NCBI GenBank assembly: GCA_964384665.1 | Contig: CAYLNA010000003.1 | Location: 1-39,275, forward strand | Direction of reading: 5' to 3' | DNA from: an uncultured Desulfovibrionaceae bacterium | Lineage (GTDB): Bacteria; Desulfobacterota; Desulfovibrionia; Desulfovibrionales; Desulfomicrobiaceae | DNA length: 39,275 nucleotides | Made by a program: the position numbers and the translations under genes | Notes under the pieces: generated by a model | Database searches by the model: none | Seen by the model: only the letters and a program-made list of their open reading frames with translations | What the model was told of the DNA's origin: nothing | Shown: one piece after another, positions 31,879-39,275 of the stretch | Layout: each line of letters opens with the position of its first letter | Numbering within the stretch: the first letter of the stretch is position 1

Positions 31879-33468
31879 TCAAGCATTTTTTTCCGGAAAA
31901 ATTTCCTCGACTCCCTGGATCTGGGTCAAGATTCCTTCGCGCAGGGCCAAGAACTCCCCGCTGTGCTCCAGGAATATGTCCACCAGCCGTGGATCGAAAA
32001 TCTTGCCGCGTTCCGCCGCGAGATAGGCCAGGGTTTCTTCCACGGACCAGGGTTCCTTGTAGATTCGCCGGCTCAGGAGGGAATCAAAGACATCGACCAC
32101 GCGGGCGATACGGCTGAAGACATGAATATCCTCCCCCTTGAGGCCTTGGGGATAGCCCGAGCCGTCCCAGGCTTCCTGATGCTCCAGGGCGATGCGGGCC
32201 GCGGCCTGCATGATGGGCCGATCGGTCTGGTTCAGAATCTCGTAGCCCAGACGCGGATGGCCCTGCATGATCTTTTGTTCCAAGGCGTCCAAGGGACCGC
32301 CCTTCAACAAAATTTTATCCGGAATGGCGACCTTGCCGACGTCGTGCATGGGCATGGCCAGGCGCAGGAGTTCGCGATCGTCGCTGTCCAGCCCGGCCAA
32401 TTCTCCCAGCAGACGCGCCATCTCGGCCACGCGGTGGACGTGGACGCCTCCCACCAGGGCTCGGCTCTCGACGATCTCGCCCAGGGTGAAAATCACCTCC
32501 CGATGGGTCTCGGCAATTTCGTGGTTGAGCTGCAAATTTTCAAAAGCCACGGCGACATTGGTCGCGAAAATCCGCAACAACCCCTGCTCGAACTCGGACA
32601 GATCGCGCAGCACCCGCAAAAAAAGCACGTTGCTCACGCCCCGATCCGTGCCAAAGCACCCCAGATAGCAGTCATCCTCGAAGATGCAATCCTGCTTCGC
32701 GGCCGCCTCTCGAATCAATTCCAATTCCCGGGGCGACAGGACCTCGCTGGCATGGTGTGTTTCCAGCCCGGCAAAATCGCCGGTTCCGGCCACGATGAGA
32801 AAATCATCGCGCTCTTCCTGGGCCGCGAACCCCGAGGCGTTTTCCAGGTACATGGAACTGTCCTCGAGGCGCAAAAGCGAGGTCATCTGGGTCAGCACCC
32901 CCCGCGCGAAGGGCTCCAGGCTGGAAGCCTGAAACAGGGTGGCCGAGGCGTCGATGATCTCTTCCAGGCCCTGACGGCTGCGGTTGATGGCCCGCAGGTC
33001 GCGATAGGAGCGAATGGCCGTGGTCACGGAGGTGAACAGCTTCTGGGCCGTCAGCTCGGCCTTGCTCTTGTAATCATTGACGTCATAGTCCGTGATGACC
33101 TGACGTTCCGGGGCCTGTCCGGGCTGCCCGGTGCGCAGGATGATCCGAACCAGGATGTTGTCCAACTCGTCGCGCACGTATCGGGCCAACTCCAGGCCGG
33201 CCAGGGGAGTTTCCATGACCACGTCCAGGAGCACGACCGCGATGTCCGGATGCTCCTGGAACACGCGACGCCCCTCCTCGGCCGAATACGCGCTCAAAAA
33301 TTCCAACCCCCGGCCCTCGAACTCAAAGCCCTCCAGCACCATGCGGGTGATGCTGTGCACTTCCTCCTCGTCGTCGACGACGAGCAGTTTCCACGCCTCG
33401 CGGAGCGTGCAGGGCGCGGGGCAGGAGTCTTCCTCGGCGAACAGGATATCTTGATCCAAATCGGTCAT
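31879..33468 (-). CDS. Response regulator REC-(DUF3369-like)-HD-GYP, paralog C (degenerate motifs)
   Basis: LLVVDDE, LLDVVME, RIILRTGQPGQAPE, HDVGK, WDGSGYP, DVFDSL. GGAGG RBS. Confidence 0.9.
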   Translation of the reverse strand: MTDLDQDILFAEEDSCPAPCTLREAWKLLVVDDEEEVHSITRMVLEGFEFEGRGLEFLSAYSAEEGRRVFQEHPDIAVVLLDVVMETPLAGLELARYVRDELDNILVRIILRTGQPGQAPERQVITDYDVNDYKSKAELTAQKLFTSVTTAIRSYRDLRAINRSRQGLEEIIDASATLFQASSLEPFARGVLTQMTSLLRLEDSSMYLENASGFAAQEERDDFLIVAGTGDFAGLETHHASEVLSPRELELIREAAAKQDCIFEDDCYLGCFGTDRGVSNVLFLRVLRDLSEFEQGLLRIFATNVAVAFENLQLNHEIAETHREVIFTLGEIVESRALVGGVHVHRVAEMARLLGELAGLDSDDRELLRLAMPMHDVGKVAIPDKILLKGGPLDALEQKIMQGHPRLGYEILNQTDRPIMQAAARIALEHQEAWDGSGYPQGLKGEDIHVFSRIARVVDVFDSLLSRRIYKEPWSVEETLAYLAAERGKIFDPRLVDIFLEHSGEFLALREGILTQIQGVEEIFPEKNA

Positions 33469-33492
33469 GGCATCCTCCAGGGCGCGTGGCGT

Positions 33493-35031
33493 CTAATCGG
33501 GATATGAGTCACGGATGGCCACGATTTCATGCAGATTTTCCAGAAAAACATCGACCAAGGCCGGATCGAACTGCCGGCCGCGTTGCTCCCGCAGGTAGGT
33601 CAGGATCTCGTCCAAGGGCCACGCCTTCTTGTAGACGCGCGCGCAGGCCAGGGCGTCGAAAACATCGGCCAGAGCCGTGATGCGGCCAAAAATATGCGTT
33701 TCCTCGCCGACCAACCCTTGCGGATAGCCCTGGCCGTCCCACCACTCATGATGCTGCAGGGCGATGGTCGCGGCCGTGCGCATGATCCGGCGCGAGGATT
33801 TTTTCAGGATGGAATGCCCCAGGGTGGTGTGGGTCTTGATGACCGCGTATTCCTCGTCCGTCAGCTTGCCCGGCTTGAAAAGAATGGAGTCGGGAATGCC
33901 GATCTTGCCCACGTCGTGCATGGGCGAGGCCATGCGCAGAAGCTGGGCCCGCTCCAGGGGCAATCCGGCCTTGATGGCCAGCAGATAGGAAAACTCGGCC
34001 ACCCGCTTCACGTGCTGGGCGGTTTCCTTGGAGCGGGTCTCCACCACCTCGCCCAGGGTCAGGACCACCTCGCGCTGGGTGGCGACGATCTCCTCGTTCA
34101 GGAACAGGTTGCTCAGGGCCACGCCAATGTTTCCGCCCAGAACCTGCAACAGCCCCTGCTCCAGTTCGCTCAGGACATGGGCGAAAACGGCGTGAAAGAC
34201 ATACTCCTCTCCCGTGTGCGCGTTCAGAAAGCAGGCCGCGAATTCCCGCTCCTGGATCATGACCTTCCGCGTTTGGCGGACGCCCCTGGACAGCCCGTTC
34301 AGACGGGATTCCAAGTCGGATGCGAGGCCATCCAGCGGAAGCAGCCCCCGCGTGGTCAAAATGACGTGCCGGCCATCCCGAATCGCGGCCGCCAGGGCGT
34401 GGCCGCGACAGGTCGGGCCACAACAGTGTCCGGCCTGCAGGATGAATTCCAGGGCCATGTCCAGAAAATGGGGAATGGAGGACTGAGTGAAGAGCGAGGC
34501 CGAAGCGTCGACCACGTCGCGCAGCCCCAGCCGCCCCTGCTCGATGGACAGCAGATCGCGGTAGGAGCGGATGGCCGTCGTGATGGAGGTGAAAAGGCGC
34601 TGCTCGCTCAGTTCGGCCTTGTTCCGGTAGTCGTTGATGTCGTATTCGGTGATGACGGTGCGTTCCGGAGCCTGACCGGGCTGGCCGGTGCGCAGAATGA
34701 TGCGGACCATGGTGTTTCCCGCGTCCCGCCGCACGTAGCGGGCGAATTCCAGACCCGCGTTTTCCGTTTCCATCACCACGTCCAGGATGATGACCGCCGT
34801 GTCCGGATGATCCGCCAAAAGCCGCCGGGCCTCGGCCGCCGAATAGGCGTGCAGATATTCAAGACACCGATTTTCGTAGCGGAAATCGCCAAGAGTCAAG
34901 ACCGTCACGCGGTGCACGAACTCGTCGTCATCGACGATCATGACCTTCCACGGCCCCAAATTGGAATCCGGGGGCGGAGGAGGACATTCCTCGGCGAAAC
35001 AGAGTTCATCACGGGCACTGTCGAGCGTCAT
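33493..35031 (-). CDS. Response regulator REC-(DUF3369-like)-HD-GYP c-di-GMP phosphodiesterase, paralog B
   Basis: Same architecture, with ETAQH, HDVGK, HHEWWDGQGYP, DVFDAL. Start is ATG 35031 or TTG 35055 (which overlaps the upstream stop); I cannot choose between them. Confidence 0.9.
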   Translation of the reverse strand: MTLDSARDELCFAEECPPPPPDSNLGPWKVMIVDDDEFVHRVTVLTLGDFRYENRCLEYLHAYSAAEARRLLADHPDTAVIILDVVMETENAGLEFARYVRRDAGNTMVRIILRTGQPGQAPERTVITEYDINDYRNKAELSEQRLFTSITTAIRSYRDLLSIEQGRLGLRDVVDASASLFTQSSIPHFLDMALEFILQAGHCCGPTCRGHALAAAIRDGRHVILTTRGLLPLDGLASDLESRLNGLSRGVRQTRKVMIQEREFAACFLNAHTGEEYVFHAVFAHVLSELEQGLLQVLGGNIGVALSNLFLNEEIVATQREVVLTLGEVVETRSKETAQHVKRVAEFSYLLAIKAGLPLERAQLLRMASPMHDVGKIGIPDSILFKPGKLTDEEYAVIKTHTTLGHSILKKSSRRIMRTAATIALQHHEWWDGQGYPQGLVGEETHIFGRITALADVFDALACARVYKKAWPLDEILTYLREQRGRQFDPALVDVFLENLHEIVAIRDSYPD

Positions 35032-35051
35032 GAAAAGGCCTTGGGCTTGGA

Positions 35052-36617
35052 TCAATCCGGGAAACGGTCACGGGTGGCGACAAACGCGTCGGCATGGGCG
35101 AGCAGGATATCGACCATGTCCGGGTCGAACATCTCGCCCCGCTCCCGCCGGATGAAGTCTAAGACACGGTTCAGGGGCCAGGGCTCCTTGTAGACGCGCC
35201 GGGACAACAGGGAATCGAAGACATCGATGACACAGGCGACGCGGCCAAAGGGATGGATGGCCTCGCCGGCCAAGCCCCGTGGATAGCCTTGGCCGTTCCA
35301 GCGTTCATGGTGTTCGTGGGCGATGATGGCCGCTGCCTGCATGATGGGCCGCCGCGACGCCTTGAGAATATGATACCCGATCCGGGGATGGGTTTTCATG
35401 ATGGCGAATTCCTCGGCCGTCAGCTTGCCGGGCTTGAGCAGGATGGAGTCCGGGATGCCGATCTTGCCGACATCATGCATGGGCGAGGCCAGGCGGACAA
35501 GATCCACGTCCTGCGGGGACATGCCCAGGGACGCGGCCATGAGGCTGGAGCATTCCGAGACCCGGCGGACGTGGCTGGCCGTTTCCTTGGATCGGGATTC
35601 CACGCATTCGCCCAGGGTCAGGATGATTTCCTTCTGGGTCCGGACCAGCTCCAGGTTGAGCTGCATGTTGTCGAAAGCGATGGCGACGTTGCCGCCGAAG
35701 ACCCGCACCAATTTCAGGTCGAAGGCGTTCAGCTCCCGCCCCAGGCGGAAGAAAAGCAGATTCTCGGATCCGCGCTTGGATCGGAAATACTGCACGAAGG
35801 CGTCCTCGGAAAAAACGCTGTCCTTCGTACGCACGGCCGTGGTCAAAAGACCCTGCACGTCCGGGGTCAGCGCGCTGCACGCTTCGCCTTCGCCGCAGTG
35901 CTTGAATTCACCGGTTCCGGCCACGATGGCGATGTCCCCGCCCATGACCGTAGCCGCGAAACCCGAGGGGGAATGGAGAAAAAGACAGTCCTCGTCGACA
36001 TGCAGCAAGGATGTCATCTGCTCCAGGACTCCGACCGCGAAGTGCTGCAGGCTGTTGTTCTTGAACAGCCCCCGGGTGGAGGCGATGATCAGGTCCAGGC
36101 CCTTGCGGCTCTTCTCGATGGTCTGCAGATCATGGTAGGAGCGGATGGCCGTGGTCACGGTGGAAAACAGCTTCTGGGCGGTGAGTTCGGTTTTCTGCTT
36201 GTAGTCGTTGATGTCGTAGCGGGAAATAACCTCCCGCTCCGGAGCCTGGCCCGGCTGACCGGTGCGCAGGATGATGCGGACCATGCGGTTGTCCAGTTCC
36301 TCGCGAATGAAGCGGACCAGTTCCAAACCGGCTTGGCCCGTTTCCATGACCACGTCCAGCAAAACGACCGCGACGTCGGCATGCGCACGCAGAAGAGCCC
36401 GCCCTTCCTCGGCCGAATAGGCGCTCAGGAAGGACAGGCCCTTTCCGGAAAAAGTCATGCCCTCCAGCACCATGCGGGTAATGACATGCACTTCCTCCTC
36501 GTCGTCGACGATGAGGAGCTTCCAGCGCGGCCGATCGGCGCGACGGGGCGCGTCGTGCTCCTCGGCGAAAAACAGCTCGTCGGAAGAGCCAGGAGAAAAA
36601 GGCGAGGTATCGGACAT
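35052..36617 (-). CDS. Response regulator REC-(DUF3369-like)-HD-GYP c-di-GMP phosphodiesterase, paralog A
   Basis: Same architecture, with ETASH, HDVGK, HHERWNGQGYP, DVFDSL. GGAGAG RBS. Confidence 0.92.
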   Translation of the reverse strand: MSDTSPFSPGSSDELFFAEEHDAPRRADRPRWKLLIVDDEEEVHVITRMVLEGMTFSGKGLSFLSAYSAEEGRALLRAHADVAVVLLDVVMETGQAGLELVRFIREELDNRMVRIILRTGQPGQAPEREVISRYDINDYKQKTELTAQKLFSTVTTAIRSYHDLQTIEKSRKGLDLIIASTRGLFKNNSLQHFAVGVLEQMTSLLHVDEDCLFLHSPSGFAATVMGGDIAIVAGTGEFKHCGEGEACSALTPDVQGLLTTAVRTKDSVFSEDAFVQYFRSKRGSENLLFFRLGRELNAFDLKLVRVFGGNVAIAFDNMQLNLELVRTQKEIILTLGECVESRSKETASHVRRVSECSSLMAASLGMSPQDVDLVRLASPMHDVGKIGIPDSILLKPGKLTAEEFAIMKTHPRIGYHILKASRRPIMQAAAIIAHEHHERWNGQGYPRGLAGEAIHPFGRVACVIDVFDSLLSRRVYKEPWPLNRVLDFIRRERGEMFDPDMVDILLAHADAFVATRDRFPD

Positions 36618-36755
36618 GAAACTCTCCGGATGCTCGGCCTCCGGCCTTCCCCTCGCCAGATCTCGGGTCGGGCCGGAAACTGTTTTTTCATGCCATGGCT
36701 TAATATCTTTATCAAAACTTTTTTCGTTCCGATCCGCGCGCCCCTCGGCCAGTCC

Positions 36756-39275
36756 TCACAGCACCCTGAATTCCCGATCAAGGTCAAGGCCTTGGGCCTT
36801 GGCCTTGGCCAGGGCCTCCTCGCCGCCCAGCACGCAGACCAGGCCCGAGGACGCAGCCTCGCGCAGGACCGAGCCAAAGGCGCGGAAATCGCGCTCGTCC
36901 GTGGCCAAAACCTCGTCGCGGATGCGCTGGCGGGTGGCCGTGGTCACGCCGGCCAGATGGTGGTTCAGGGCCGTGAAGCCCTTGGCGTCGGGCAGCTGGT
37001 ACGGATCCAGATCTCCGGACGTGCCGATGATGGCCTTCAGGAGTTCGCCCCGGTCCAGGCTGACCTTTTCCAGGAACGCGCCGCATCCGTCAAAGGCGGC
37101 CAGACTCGAAACGATATTCGGATCGCGATAGGAACCGTAGCTCATCAATCCGGACAAGCGGCCATGATTGCAGAACCCGCCGTAGGCCCCGCCCAGAACG
37201 CGGACTTGCTCCCACAGCCAGGTCGTGCGCAAATATTTGGTCGCGACCAGACTCGAACCGTGAAAACAATAGCCCTGGGCGTGGAGATCGCAGACCTTGC
37301 CCACGTAATTGACCTGGGCCGGAATGATGATTCCCTCCCGGTCCCGCCGAGCGGGCGCGGCCCATGCGTCACCCTCCGGAGCGGACGAGGCCAGTTGCCC
37401 CAGAAAATCCCGAAAGCGCGGTTCATGGGCGGCCAGCCCGGTCCCATCCATGGTCAAATTGAGGACGGCGTCCCGCCGGGTCGCGATGGCCGCGCGCAGG
37501 GTTTCCAAGTCGACCAGCACGCCGGGCCAGTCGCTGTCCACGCGTTGGGCCAGTTCCCGCGTGAAAAAGAGGGACTCCAGCCCGCCCATGCGCTCCTGCA
37601 GGCTGTCCGCCAGATTGAAATGGGAGCGCAGGCGCAGCCCGACGAAATGGTGTCCCGAAGGAACCAGCGCATGCTCCAGGCCGGCCTTTTCCTCCAACAC
37701 CATCTGCCGGAAACGCTCGCGGTCGTCGAAACGGGCCATGACCAGGGCGTCGCGAACAATGTCGAGCATGTCCCCAACCCTTTCGCTGATCGCCTTGGCC
37801 CGCACCACCAGCCGGGCCACGGGCGCGGGGCTGTCCTCCTGCTGGGACAGAAGACAGCGGGCGTGAACTCCGCCGGTCTTGCTGTTGATACGCTTGGAAA
37901 AGGACACATAATCCTCGCGGGTCGTGCCCATTTCCGTCAGGGCCCGCCCAAAGAGCGGGACCAGGGGGATGAGCCGATCCGGAATCCGCGTCAAATCCAG
38001 GGCCAGATCCAGATAGCAGATGTCGTTGGTCGGCAGGTCGTGACGCAGGACCGTGCTTTCCCCCCAAACGGCCGCGTCGGTCGGGACGACCCGCACAGCG
38101 GGCTCGATGTCCTCGCGGGACAGAAACGGGATGGTCGCCAGGGCCTCGGGCGCGTCCGGCGCCTCCTGCATCTGGCGCAGGAATCCCGTGCGCTGGACCA
38201 GATCCTCGTCCGTGACCTCGGCCTGGGCCGCGCGCAGGGTCTGGATCAACTCCTGTTCCTTGGCCTCCACGACGGCGGCATGACCGACCTCGGGCGCGAG
38301 GATGACCGTGGTCATATGCGGGTTCTCCAGAATCTGTCGGCGGATCAGATCCTCGAAGACCTGCTCTCCGGCCGCTAGGCGCGCCTTGAGGCTGGCCAAG
38401 GGGGCCTCGAAGGCGACCAGCGCCAACGGATCAAGATCATAGAGCCAGGAGCCCAGGGCGCGGAGCATGACGATGAGGCCGCGTGGATAGGAACCGGTAT
38501 TGTTTTCGCGCAGATCGAACTCGGCCGAGTTGATCCCGGCCTCGATCAGATCGGCGTCAAAGCCATGGGTCACGAGTCCGGTCAAGGTGTCGATGATGAG
38601 AGAGCGCACCGCGTCGAAATTCTCGGGCAAGACGCCCTTCATGCCCACGGAATAGTACATCTGGGCCATCTCGTGCTCTATCCCGACGCCGGTCAAATCC
38701 TCGCCCAGCCCGGATTCGATCAAGGCCTTGCGCAGGGGCGAGGCGTTCATGCCGGTCAGCAGATAGTCCAGAATCTTGCAGGCCAGCACGGTTTCCGGGT
38801 CGCTCTTGGCCGGAAACAGCCAGTTCATGGTCAACATGCCCAGGGCTTCCCCCTCTTCTCCGCTGGCCTCGAAGGCCCGACGCAGTTCACGAGGCTCGGC
38901 GAAAACAGGCTGCGGCGCGATGGTGGAGTCCACCTCCAGGCGCTCGAAGCGGTCCAGATAGTCGCGCAGCAGGTCCAGACGGGCCTCGGGATCGTCGTCG
39001 CCGTAAAAAAAGATCCAGGCGTTGGACGGATGGTAATAGGTGCGGTGAAAATCCAGGAACCGCTCATGGGTCAGGCTGGGAATGACCTCCGGATTGCCGC
39101 CCGAATCCAGGCCATAGGTGATGTCGGGAAACAGGGACTGCTGGGACAGCTCGGACAACTGCGAATCCGGCGAGGAGTACACACCCTTCATTTCATTATA
39201 GACCACGCCCTTGATGGCCAGGGGCGCGTCGGCGCTCTCCAGGTCCAGATGCCAGCCTTCCTGCTCGAAAATTTC
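36756..39275 (-). CDS. M16C-family (presequence protease/insulinase-like) metallopeptidase; 5' end outside the window
   Basis: Frame is open to the window edge: EIFEQEGWHL...KGVVYNEMKGVYSSP, SGGNP, YHPSNA, LWEQVRVLGGAYG, SYRDPN, all typical of PreP-like peptidases. Confidence 0.92.
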   Translation of the reverse strand, partial: EIFEQEGWHLDLESADAPLAIKGVVYNEMKGVYSSPDSQLSELSQQSLFPDITYGLDSGGNPEVIPSLTHERFLDFHRTYYHPSNAWIFFYGDDDPEARLDLLRDYLDRFERLEVDSTIAPQPVFAEPRELRRAFEASGEEGEALGMLTMNWLFPAKSDPETVLACKILDYLLTGMNASPLRKALIESGLGEDLTGVGIEHEMAQMYYSVGMKGVLPENFDAVRSLIIDTLTGLVTHGFDADLIEAGINSAEFDLRENNTGSYPRGLIVMLRALGSWLYDLDPLALVAFEAPLASLKARLAAGEQVFEDLIRRQILENPHMTTVILAPEVGHAAVVEAKEQELIQTLRAAQAEVTDEDLVQRTGFLRQMQEAPDAPEALATIPFLSREDIEPAVRVVPTDAAVWGESTVLRHDLPTNDICYLDLALDLTRIPDRLIPLVPLFGRALTEMGTTREDYVSFSKRINSKTGGVHARCLLSQQEDSPAPVARLVVRAKAISERVGDMLDIVRDALVMARFDDRERFRQMVLEEKAGLEHALVPSGHHFVGLRLRSHFNLADSLQERMGGLESLFFTRELAQRVDSDWPGVLVDLETLRAAIATRRDAVLNLTMDGTGLAAHEPRFRDFLGQLASSAPEGDAWAAPARRDREGIIIPAQVNYVGKVCDLHAQGYCFHGSSLVATKYLRTTWLWEQVRVLGGAYGGFCNHGRLSGLMSYGSYRDPNIVSSLAAFDGCGAFLEKVSLDRGELLKAIIGTSGDLDPYQLPDAKGFTALNHHLAGVTTATRQRIRDEVLATDERDFRAFGSVLREAASSGLVCVLGGEEALAKAKAQGLDLDREFRVL

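Noticed and set aside
31855-31882. Sigma70 promoter for tRNA-Tyr (TTGACC with an upstream A-tract)
   Set aside because: The -35 is plausible but the -10 at 17-nt spacing (TATCAA) is weak, so I did not list it as a feature.
33000-36520. Repeated DNA segments about 1.56 kb apart
   Set aside because: Explained by the conserved REC and HD-GYP coding regions of the three paralogs, not a repeat element.

Overview
GC-rich chromosomal segment from a sulfate-reducing deltaproteobacterium (Desulfomicrobium/Desulfovibrio-like; inferred from gene content and order, not a database hit). Almost all genes are on the minus strand. Left to right: a lactate-oxidation operon (partial Fe-S subunit, GlcD-type FAD subunit, lactate permease, pyruvate:ferredoxin oxidoreductase); an ~860-bp regulatory interval with two divergent sigma54-type promoters, three related 16-bp palindromes and an easily missed 64-aa ORF; a hybrid kinase and sigma54 response regulator (LurSR-like by synteny); a beta-hydroxyacid dehydrogenase; an orphan YgiT-type zinc finger; PEP synthase, pyruvate carboxylase and biotin ligase; a receptor-less chemosensory cluster (STAS-cheA-cheW-cheB-cheR); an NfeD/SPFH pair; tRNA-Tyr; three tandem REC/HD-GYP paralogs, one with altered metal ligands; and a partial M16C peptidase. 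I saw no mobile element, CRISPR array or rRNA. The best leads are the divergent sigma54 small-protein module, the HD-GYP triplet, and the chemosensory cluster running directly into birA-pyc.
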